Below are positions 36,828 to 44,336 of a stretch of 50,305 bases of DNA, one piece after another (the stretch's first letter is position 1; each line of letters begins with the position of its first letter). Origin of the DNA: Candidatus Saccharimonadales bacterium (lineage in GTDB: Bacteria; Patescibacteriota; Saccharimonadia; Saccharimonadales; JAYRRP01); contig JAYRRP010000005.1 of NCBI GenBank assembly GCA_041910055.1, positions 1-50,305 of the forward strand, given 5' to 3'. The translations under genes and the position numbers were made by a program. The notes beneath the pieces are model-generated. The model was not told where the DNA came from and searched no databases. It saw only the letters and a program-made list of their open reading frames with translations.

Positions 36828-37313
36828 ATGCTGACAATTCGCATGCAACGGACAGGCCGAAAGGGTCATGCGCAGTTCCGTATTGTAGTACAAGACACCC
36901 GTCAAGCTCCCGCTAGCGGGAAATTTGTGGCGATGCTTGGTCATTATAACCCTCACACCAAAGACACCACGCTTCTTAAAGATAAAGCTGAGTTCTACTT
37001 AGGACACGGTGCACAGCCATCAACAAGGGTAGCCCGTTTATTGGTGCAGCAAGGTGTGGCATTGCCGAAATGGGTAAAACTATCTGATGAGCGTAACCGT
37101 TCTATTCGCAAGCCAGAAAAACTTCGTAAAAACGCTTCGCAAACCAGTTTGACTAAAAGTGAGGATAAATCAACTGAGGAAGAGGCTGTACAGTCTCAGG
37201 AACCAGTTGAACCACCCAAGCCGGAGGACGCCCCCCCTGTCCAGGCAACTAATGATGAAGTAGACAAGAGCCAATCTGAGGCTACAGAGGCTGGCGAAAA
37301 AGCTGCGAAGTAG
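36828..37313 (+). CDS. rpsP: 30S ribosomal protein S16 with a long charged C-terminal extension
   Basis: The N-terminus MLTIRMQRTGRKGHAQFRIVVQD...GHYNP is canonical S16. About 75 extra residues rich in K, E, S and P follow. Confidence 0.95.
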   Translation: MLTIRMQRTGRKGHAQFRIVVQDTRQAPASGKFVAMLGHYNPHTKDTTLLKDKAEFYLGHGAQPSTRVARLLVQQGVALPKWVKLSDERNRSIRKPEKLRKNASQTSLTKSEDKSTEEEAVQSQEPVEPPKPEDAPPVQATNDEVDKSQSEATEAGEKAAK

Positions 37314-37331
37314 CTTTACTTTTGTCCCAAC

Positions 37332-37361
37332 TTCAAAACCTATCGAAATCTTTGCTATAAT
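37332..37361 (+). promoter_or_regulatory. promoter-like TTCAAA-18-TATAAT with TG extension (tgcTATAAT)
   Basis: It lies between the rpsP stop and the KH gene. The SD ccggag is at 37375-37380. Confidence 0.35.
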
Positions 37362-37390
37362 TATATATACATAACCGGAGACTTCTCGTA

Positions 37391-37861
37391 ATGAGCAGTA
37401 TTGACCAACAATTTGTTGAATTTATCGTAAAATCCCTTGTCGGCAACCCGGACGCAGTCAAGATAGAGCGGCGCATCGATGAAAAAGGTGTGCTTCTAGA
37501 GTTGACAGTGGATCCTGAAGACCTGGGGCGAATTATAGGTAAAAGAGGGGCAACGGCCCAAAGCCTCAGAACGTTACTACGGGCCTTAGGCACCAAAAAT
37601 GATGCCCGATATAACCTTAAAATAGTCGACAACAGTCCACCAGGAGCTGGTCCGAGCCGGACAAATCGGGATGATGATGAAGAGTCGGAAGTGGCTGATA
37701 CAGAACTAGCTACTAATGAAGATGAAGAAAGTTCAGATGTTTCAGACTCAGAAGAGCCCGAGAGCAAGGAAGAGACAGATGAAGCAATTGAGGAAGATCA
37801 CGATAGCGTGATCAGTAAGACACGCAAAGAGCTCGAAGAGCTAGACGACCTCGACGTATAA
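37391..37861 (+). CDS. khpA: KH-domain RNA-binding protein (KhpA/YlqC-like) with a long acidic tail
   Basis: IVKSLVGNPDAVKIE....GVLLELTVDPEDLGRIIGKRGATAQSLRTLL carries a GxxG KH motif. An acidic C-terminal tail of about 75 aa follows. The position after rpsP is conserved synteny. Confidence 0.8.
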   Translation: MSSIDQQFVEFIVKSLVGNPDAVKIERRIDEKGVLLELTVDPEDLGRIIGKRGATAQSLRTLLRALGTKNDARYNLKIVDNSPPGAGPSRTNRDDDEESEVADTELATNEDEESSDVSDSEEPESKEETDEAIEEDHDSVISKTRKELEELDDLDV

Positions 37862-37881
37862 AAGTAACTTCATAAAAGGGC

Positions 37882-37910
37882 TTGCGTACCTCGGGCAGCG
37901 TATGTATACT
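37882..37910 (+). promoter_or_regulatory. near-consensus sigma70-type promoter TTGCGT-17 nt-TATACT
   Basis: The spacing was counted by hand as 17 nt. It lies just after the KH-gene stop. Confidence 0.45.
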
Positions 37911-37916
37911 ACGGCG

Positions 37917-38039
37917 GAGTCTTTTAATAGACCACCTTAAAAAACAAAAAGAGATGAAGCTCATTGCGAGCCACCCTGTAAAAAGGCTGGGAGCTTTATG
38001 TGAATAAAATAACCGCCCTTTTGAGGCGGTATTTTATTT
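37917..38039 (+). ncRNA. candidate ~120-nt transcript (small RNA or 17-aa mini-ORF MKLIASHPVKRLGALCE, 37954-38007)
   Basis: It is bounded by the promoter at 37882-37910 and the terminator at 38011-38039. An internal stem pairs agctc...gagct with an inner agcc/ggct. No match to a known RNA family was recognised. Confidence 0.3.
38011..38039 (+). terminator. intrinsic terminator
   Basis: The hairpin aaccgcc-cttttga-ggcggt is followed by ATTTTATTT and preceded by an A-run. Confidence 0.7.
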
Positions 38040-38193
38040 AACTTTTTTGTAGTTATTATTTAGTGGTTATTTTTACGAATAAATTCATCAGTTGAAATTT
38101 GATTGACACACTGCGGTCTTTCCTCACTCAATTATTATACGGTTGTATAAACATACTGTAGGAGATCCAGCAATAATATGTAAAAATTACATT

Positions 38194-38850
38194 ATGAAGA
38201 TACAAATTATCAGCTTATTTCCAGAAATGTTCGAGCCTGTCTTGAATACGAGCATGCTTTATAAAGCTCAAGCGAAGAAAATTGTTTCATATGAGACAGT
38301 TAATCTGCGAGATTTCGGACTAGGCGCTCGCAGGACTGTCGACGATACTCCTTATGGCGGTGGTGATGGGATGCTGCTCAGGCCCGAACCGTTATTTGCC
38401 GCCGTGGAGCACTGTAAAGCCCATGACACCAAGGCAGAAGTATTATTAATGACACCACGAGGGGAAACGTTCACCCAAGCGACAGCTCGACAGCTTGCTA
38501 AGGATGGGCGTGGCAAAATAATTATTTGTGCCCGGTACGAAGGCTATGATGAGCGGATTACGGCTCTGGTTGATAGGCAAATTAGTATCGGTAACTATGT
38601 GCTAACCGGTGGGGAGATACCCGCTATGACAGTGTTAGATGTCGTGACACGTTTGTTGCCTGGGGTGCTGGGTGGAGAAAATTCAGCCATAGAAGAAAGC
38701 TTTAGCGAAGAAAATATCGTTGAATACCCCCAATATACCCGACCTGAAAAATTCCGAGACATGGAAGTGCCAGAGGTGGTTAAAAGCGGCAACCACGCTG
38801 CAATTGCAAAGTGGAGAAAGCAGCACAGCAAACCTGCACCTAAGCCTTAA
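38194..38850 (+). CDS. trmD: tRNA (guanine37-N1)-methyltransferase
   Basis: MKIQIISLFPEMFEPVL matches the canonical TrmD N-terminus (compare E. coli IGIISLFPEMF). Other blocks are VDDTPYGGGDGM, ICARYEGYDERI and LTGGEIPAM. The track ORF begins at an unlikely TTG (38143). Confidence 0.9.
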   Translation: MKIQIISLFPEMFEPVLNTSMLYKAQAKKIVSYETVNLRDFGLGARRTVDDTPYGGGDGMLLRPEPLFAAVEHCKAHDTKAEVLLMTPRGETFTQATARQLAKDGRGKIIICARYEGYDERITALVDRQISIGNYVLTGGEIPAMTVLDVVTRLLPGVLGGENSAIEESFSEENIVEYPQYTRPEKFRDMEVPEVVKSGNHAAIAKWRKQHSKPAPKP

Positions 38851-39802
38851 CTATTCGTCCGGTGCGCTTCAAAATACGTCGGTAGGGTGGCCACTTTTTT
38901 AACCTTGGTAAATACCGCTTGAATAGCAGGCTGGTTAGCAAGAAAGCGGCTATTGCGTACACAATTCCCAGGATTGCATCAATCGCATAGTGTTCACCTT
39001 GATAGACGGTACCGATGTAAATTGCAAATGGATAGACAAGTGATACGACACCCCATTTTTTGCCGAATAGTTTGGTCACAAAAATGGTGAAGAGTGTCGC
39101 GTAGGCGGCATGGAGAGAAGGTACAGCGGCCACTGGATTTGGTGCGATCTTGTGATATAGAGTCGGAAAATCATGAATGCCTAAAGCTGCCCAAACCTCA
39201 CTGGAGATACGGGTAATTGGTGGGATGAGTCCCTTTTCGGCCGCCATCCACGGTGGCGCCGCGGGGAACAACAAGTAGGTCAGAAACCCAGCAAACGAAA
39301 GGACCACATATGTACACATGTATTGCCAATAGTATTTTTCACGAGTTTTCCAAATAAGTATTGCCAGTCCAAGCGGAAAAACAAAATGTAACATATAAAA
39401 GATGTACATGAAGAAGTCGTACCACTGCACCTGGTTGTGCCATAGCCAATGTTGCAGGGTAATAGTTGGAAGCTCGCCGCCAAATAACCACCGGTCTGCC
39501 GCCGGCATCCAAAGATAGTTCACGTGCGTATTGAGCTGTGCTGCCAACCCTCTGAATGATTCATAGACAAGAAGGAGCAGTACGAACGGAAGAAAGCGTT
39601 TCAGCATCGCTCTGGCCTGGCCAAAGATCATAAAGAAGAAGGTTAGAAAAACAAGGAGCTTGTCTGGGCTTGGGAAGCTGGGGCGTTGAATAAAAATAGC
39701 GGCAAGAACTACCGTGCCGCAGGCGCCAAGAACCTGCCAAACACGATGGTGCGCTAAGTAAAAGTCAATCTGCCGGAAAATAGCTAAAATACGTCGTATC
39801 AT
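38840..39802 (-). CDS. PAP2-superfamily integral membrane protein (Aur1/IPC-synthase-like PAP2_3 type)
   Basis: It is polytopic, with VPSLHAAYA and GEHYAIDAILG corresponding to the PAP2 C2 (S.H) and C3 (H...D) motifs. Its start overlaps the permease stop (ATGA). Confidence 0.65.
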   Translation of the reverse strand: MIRRILAIFRQIDFYLAHHRVWQVLGACGTVVLAAIFIQRPSFPSPDKLLVFLTFFFMIFGQARAMLKRFLPFVLLLLVYESFRGLAAQLNTHVNYLWMPAADRWLFGGELPTITLQHWLWHNQVQWYDFFMYIFYMLHFVFPLGLAILIWKTREKYYWQYMCTYVVLSFAGFLTYLLFPAAPPWMAAEKGLIPPITRISSEVWAALGIHDFPTLYHKIAPNPVAAVPSLHAAYATLFTIFVTKLFGKKWGVVSLVYPFAIYIGTVYQGEHYAIDAILGIVYAIAAFLLTSLLFKRYLPRLKKWPPYRRILKRTGRIVKA

Positions 39803-40590
39803 GACAAGTCACGACGCCGGAACAAGAATAATCCACCTGCAAAAAACACCGAAGAGAATATGATTAAGAAGAGTAAATGAGCCCAATTGAGGGCCACAAC
39901 TGCAGGATTCGGATTGTTATAGTAATAAAAGACTGATAACTTTTCGATGGGGCGCAATTTTTCTACTGCTGGTGCCAGCGAAGTAGTTATAAAGCAAAAG
40001 AATGCATAAGCGCTAGCAGCACCTATAGCCAGGCTTTTCTTACCGAACCCTAGCCCAACTCCAAATGTCAAACTGCCGAAAGCTGTAATCATTAAGAAAC
40101 AATCAAGAGTGGCAGCTGCCAGGCGGGTGAAGGCGTATGATTCATGAATAAGTAACAGACTTAGCAAAATGCTCAATGCAATAACCAGAGTGGCTGCAAG
40201 TAACAGGCAAAGGCCTGCTAATGCTTTTTGAAGGTATGTTGAGGTACGTGAAATAGGTTGGGCGAGGAGTGTCTGCAGTGTCCCTTTGTCTTCATCGTCG
40301 ACCCCTATACCGACATAAAGAACCATGCCCATAACGACCAAAAAGATCGGGATTTTTAGCCCATAAATTTGTTGGCCGATATAGCCCTGAACTGTTTTAT
40401 ATGATTCGACTGAACCTACTAGTGGCCGCAGTGACTCTGGCAAAGACTTAAAGACATCTTCAAAGCCGGTTTGTTTAAAATTAGGATAAAAAACCATCGT
40501 CAGTATTGTCATTGCAAGCAATCCAGCTGACCAGCCTAAAAGAGACCAGCGTTTTTCATATAAGGTTTTAGAAAACACCGAAGAAAACAT
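39799..40590 (-). CDS. ABC-2-type transporter permease
   Basis: It has six predicted TM segments, and its start overlaps the ATPase stop by 1 nt (TAATG). Confidence 0.7.
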   Translation of the reverse strand: MFSSVFSKTLYEKRWSLLGWSAGLLAMTILTMVFYPNFKQTGFEDVFKSLPESLRPLVGSVESYKTVQGYIGQQIYGLKIPIFLVVMGMVLYVGIGVDDEDKGTLQTLLAQPISRTSTYLQKALAGLCLLLAATLVIALSILLSLLLIHESYAFTRLAAATLDCFLMITAFGSLTFGVGLGFGKKSLAIGAASAYAFFCFITTSLAPAVEKLRPIEKLSVFYYYNNPNPAVVALNWAHLLFLIIFSSVFFAGGLFLFRRRDLS

Positions 40591-41483
40591 TATTGATCTC
40601 CTTCGTAGTAGTGCATGAATAAATCTTCAAGCTGTGGTTCTTCAATTAATACATCACGTGGTTTTAGGTGTGCCAGTGATTGCACTAGCTCTGCCGTGTC
40701 ACCTGTAAAGTGTCCAGAGATGGCCTTCCCGTTGATATTTACTGACTGCATGCCTTTAAGTTTTTTGAGTGATTCGGCATCCCGATTACGCTGCAACAAT
40801 ATTCGAACCTTTCTAAAGCTTTGCTGCAGGAGTTCTTCGAGTGGTTGGACTGCCACGAGTGAGCCATCCTTAATAAATCCTACACGATCACAGATATTCT
40901 GTACTTCACTGAGGATATGCGAGGAAAAGAAGACTGTCTTACCGGATTTGGTAAAATCATGTATCAGCTCATTGAACTGGGCTTGAATAATCGGGTCGAG
41001 TCCGGTAGTGGGTTCATCAAATACCAATAACTCTGGGTCATGCATCAGAGCAATTACGAGTCCGATCTTCTGTTTATTTCCCCTGGAGAGATGCCGGATT
41101 TTTTTATGCAATTCAACATTGAGCAAAGAAGTGTAGTGAGCGATTCGTTTATCCGACACATTCCCGTGGATGTTGGCCATATAGGTTATGTACTGTTTGC
41201 CGGTCAAATGTGGGTCCATTTCGATATCACCGGAAAGGAAGCCAATGCGGCGGTGTAGGTCGACTGACTGCAGACGACTATCCTGCCCAAAGATAATGAT
41301 GTTGCCTGATGAGGGCCGAATCATGTCGAGAATGAGGCGAATAGTGGTAGTCTTACCTGCCCCATTGGGACCTAAGAAACCAAACACTTCGCCACTATGG
41401 ACGTCTAGCGACACCTCTTCGATGCCACGACTGGTGCCGTAGTGTTTCGTAACACGATTGAGCGTAAGGATTGTTTGAGGCAC
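40590..41483 (-). CDS. ABC transporter ATP-binding protein
   Basis: Walker A is GPNGAGKTT, the signature motif is LSRGNKQKIGL, and Walker B is LLVFDEPTTGLD. Confidence 0.9.
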   Translation of the reverse strand: MPQTILTLNRVTKHYGTSRGIEEVSLDVHSGEVFGFLGPNGAGKTTTIRLILDMIRPSSGNIIIFGQDSRLQSVDLHRRIGFLSGDIEMDPHLTGKQYITYMANIHGNVSDKRIAHYTSLLNVELHKKIRHLSRGNKQKIGLVIALMHDPELLVFDEPTTGLDPIIQAQFNELIHDFTKSGKTVFFSSHILSEVQNICDRVGFIKDGSLVAVQPLEELLQQSFRKVRILLQRNRDAESLKKLKGMQSVNINGKAISGHFTGDTAELVQSLAHLKPRDVLIEEPQLEDLFMHYYEGDQ

Positions 41484-41531
41484 TTCGGTAATTATTATAG
41501 CAAGCCATGATGATTTATACGTGAGGGACCG

Positions 41532-41540
41532 TGCTACACT
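41532..41540 (+). promoter_or_regulatory. extended -10 box TGCTACACT upstream of sodB
   Basis: It lies 27 nt upstream of ATG 41568, and the SD-like aaagggga sits in between. Confidence 0.3.
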
Positions 41541-41567
41541 GGAAAAGTAACCATGAAAGGGGAAGGT

Positions 41568-42203
41568 ATGTTCACATTACCAGATTTGCCTTATGCACAA
41601 GATGCGCTGGAACCGTTCATTTCGGCGCGTACACTTAGTTTTCATTATGGCAAGCATCATAAAGCGTATGTCGACAATTTGAATGAGTTAACTAAGCAAA
41701 CTGACTACCAAACTATGTCAGTGGAAGAGATAATACGCCGCAGTGAAGGCAAGTTGTATAACAACGCGGCGCAAGCTTGGAACCATACGTTTTATTGGTA
41801 TTGCATGGCTTCGCCGCAGAATGATGAAGCCAATGAACCAACTGGTGAAATCGCGGCAGCTATTCAGGAAAACTTTGGTGGCTTTACTGAATTTCGAGAT
41901 AAATTTACTGAAGTTGGCAAAACGCACTTTGGCAGTGGCTGGGCATGGCTCGCCTTGACCGAGGGTGATAAATTGGAAATTTTAGGTATGCATGATGCTG
42001 ATACACCTTTGAAGGACGGCCACAGGCCATTGTTGGCATTGGATGTATGGGAGCACGCCTACTACCTTGATTATCAGAATTCTCGTCCAGATTACATTGA
42101 AGCGTTTTGGAAAGTAGTAAATTGGCAATTTGTCGGTGAATGTTTGGCAGGCAAGCACCAGGATCCACTGATGCTGAGTCAGTCAAATAACTCAAGTACG
42201 TAG
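41568..42203 (+). CDS. sodB: Fe-type superoxide dismutase
   Basis: Motifs are FTLPDLPYAQDALEP, HYGKHH, NNAAQAWNHTFYW (Fe-type Gln context, compare E. coli SodB AAQVWNHTFYW) and DVWEHAYYLDYQN.RPDY. The start at MFTL is preferred over track start 41553. Confidence 0.9.
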   Translation: MFTLPDLPYAQDALEPFISARTLSFHYGKHHKAYVDNLNELTKQTDYQTMSVEEIIRRSEGKLYNNAAQAWNHTFYWYCMASPQNDEANEPTGEIAAAIQENFGGFTEFRDKFTEVGKTHFGSGWAWLALTEGDKLEILGMHDADTPLKDGHRPLLALDVWEHAYYLDYQNSRPDYIEAFWKVVNWQFVGECLAGKHQDPLMLSQSNNSST

Positions 42204-42270
42204 AGGTCTAAAAGGAAATATAGAGGCAAATCTTTCATCAGGGGTCTATACTATAAGGGGAGTAGGAGCC

Positions 42271-43164
42271 ATGATAGTTTCCAGGGCACATAGACAACAG
42301 GTGAGAAACGAGTTGATCAGTGCGGGGGTGACTCGTTATGGACTCATGAAAAATGAAGCAAGGTATCTCCCTAATATCATTCATGATGGTGAGCATATTG
42401 AAGGCGTTGCTTATGGGCGATATAAAAATGGGTCGGCCATGCTGGTGGCGACCGACAAGAGGGTGATATTTCTTGATCGCAAAGCTCTCATTACTATTTT
42501 TGACGAGCTTACTTATGAAGTAGTGGCGGGGGTGACCGTTGAGATGCACGGACCATTTGCCAATGTAAATCTGCATACGCGTTTAGGCGATTACGCCGTC
42601 CGATTTGTCAATCAACCATGTGCGACTCGTTTTGTTGATTTTATTGAACGTCGACGTCTGCAGGAAACATCATACGTAGGCCCGGTTGAATCACAGACTG
42701 GCTCAATAATGACTGAATCACCACCTCAAGCCCAGGTTACCATTGAACCCCGAGCCCTCGAGTTTATTCAATCACATGATTTGGGTGTTCTCTCTACTAT
42801 CGATCGGACTGGCAACTTACATGGCGCGGCTGTCTATTACATAGTGAGGGATCAGAAGCTCTTTATTCTTACTAAGGCAGATACTACGAAAGCTCATAAC
42901 GTATTTGCGCACCGGCAGATAGCTTTTACGGTTTTCGATGAGGCGCGCCTCCAAATGGTGCAACTACAGGGAAGTGCGGAAGTTGAACCGGATCAGAATA
43001 TAAAAGCAGATGTATTTGCAAGGATGATGCAGCCACGTCAATATGGTGATGAGACTCGCTTGCCACCGGTGAGTTCGGTGCAGGGTGGCGCGTTTATCGT
43101 GATATGCATTACTCCCACTAGTGCAAAATTCACAGATTTCAAGCAGGGTCCGAGCGGAATTTAG
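42271..43164 (+). CDS. fusion protein: bacterial PH-like (YokE/bPH-type) N-domain plus PNPOx-like FMN-binding split-barrel C-domain
   Basis: The N half has EHIEGVAYGRYKNGSAMLVATDKRVIFLDRK. The C half has GVLSTIDRTGNLHGAAVYY and LFILTKADTTKAHN, typical of the pyridoxamine-5'-phosphate-oxidase-like family. The SD is ggagtaggag. Confidence 0.6.
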   Translation: MIVSRAHRQQVRNELISAGVTRYGLMKNEARYLPNIIHDGEHIEGVAYGRYKNGSAMLVATDKRVIFLDRKALITIFDELTYEVVAGVTVEMHGPFANVNLHTRLGDYAVRFVNQPCATRFVDFIERRRLQETSYVGPVESQTGSIMTESPPQAQVTIEPRALEFIQSHDLGVLSTIDRTGNLHGAAVYYIVRDQKLFILTKADTTKAHNVFAHRQIAFTVFDEARLQMVQLQGSAEVEPDQNIKADVFARMMQPRQYGDETRLPPVSSVQGGAFIVICITPTSAKFTDFKQGPSGI

Positions 43165-44336
43165 CCTGTCAGGAGGGCTGCGCGACGAGCCATCTGTTCC
43201 ATTTCGTCGCACTCTACCACGAGGGCAGTTTTCAGGTTAGGACTATGTGCTACTTGAGTAATACTGGGACTGATTGACTTGGCTTCGCATGGTTTAAGCC
43301 CGAGATAAGAAAGACTATTTAGAATCCTTTTTCTAATAATCTCTGACCTTTCGCCAACGGTACCAGTAAAAATGAGACTATCAAGTCCGTCCAGTGCGGC
43401 CGTCATTTGGCCAACCGCTTTGCAAACGGTATAAACATACATTTTCAGGGCTAAGGAGGCACGATAGTGCCCTGTTTCCTCGAGTTTCAACAACTCACGA
43501 ATATCTGAGGAGACGCCGCTGATGCCGAGAAGTCCGGATTGAGTATTTAAGAGTAACTCAGCCGCTTCATCGTCTAATCCTTCAGCTTCCTGCAGTGCAT
43601 TAACTGCCACAGGATCAACATTACCACTTCGTGTAGCCATGACTACGCCTTCTAAAGGTGAGTAGCCCATGGTGTTATCGATGCTGGTTCCGTTCTTTAC
43701 CGCGCTGACACTGGAGCCACTTCCCAAGTGACAAATCACTAGTTTGCTGTGCAGTAGGCGATGAGAGCGGAGACGGTGGATGGCGGACTCAACCGACAAG
43801 CCGTGATAACCAAAGCGTTTTAGCTCTAACCTGTCAGCTAGATCAAGTGGCAGACCATAATTCCAGGCATAATCTGGTTTATTTTTGTGAAAACCACTAT
43901 CAGATATGCCGATGTAGCGAGCGTCGGGTAAACATTTCTTTAGTCGGTTGTATTCATCAAGCGAGGCGCCAATATGCAGGGGAAAGCGGGCGCGTAAGTG
44001 GGTAAGACGGGAAAGAACGGATGGGTCAAGCAGTCGATCTTCTAGAAAAAAGCCACTTGGTGCGACAATACGCAGGGCTACTTGAGAGATTCGGTCGTGG
44101 GGAGACAAAAGTTCGTGCTGCCTAGCAAGAGGTAACAAAGAGGCAGAAACTTCATCAATGTGAGTATGGGAAGTCGCTACGCGCTCTTTTTTATTGTCCT
44201 TTGTGAGCGTATAAACTATCTGTCCGTTGTCGGTTTCGAAATGTAAACTTGCCAGGCATTTATCGTGACGGTAAAACGCATATTTGCGGGAAGAACTGCC
44301 CGGATTTGCAACTAGTGTGATCTTTTCCACTGCCAT
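43161..44336 (-). CDS. ackA: acetate kinase
   Basis: Motifs are LVANPGSSSRKY (compare N.GSSS.K), RFGYHGLS, CHLGSGSSVSA and FTGTVGERS. Confidence 0.9.
   Translation of the reverse strand: MAVEKITLVANPGSSSRKYAFYRHDKCLASLHFETDNGQIVYTLTKDNKKERVATSHTHIDEVSASLLPLARQHELLSPHDRISQVALRIVAPSGFFLEDRLLDPSVLSRLTHLRARFPLHIGASLDEYNRLKKCLPDARYIGISDSGFHKNKPDYAWNYGLPLDLADRLELKRFGYHGLSVESAIHRLRSHRLLHSKLVICHLGSGSSVSAVKNGTSIDNTMGYSPLEGVVMATRSGNVDPVAVNALQEAEGLDDEAAELLLNTQSGLLGISGVSSDIRELLKLEETGHYRASLALKMYVYTVCKAVGQMTAALDGLDSLIFTGTVGERSEIIRKRILNSLSYLGLKPCEAKSISPSITQVAHSPNLKTALVVECDEMEQMARRAALLTG

Noticed and set aside
38143-38193. TTG-initiated 17-codon N-terminal extension of trmD
   Set aside because: The canonical TrmD N-terminus (M.I.IISLFPEMF) aligns with ATG 38194, and the extension has no counterpart in TrmD as I remember it. 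Neither start has a good SD, so some uncertainty remains.
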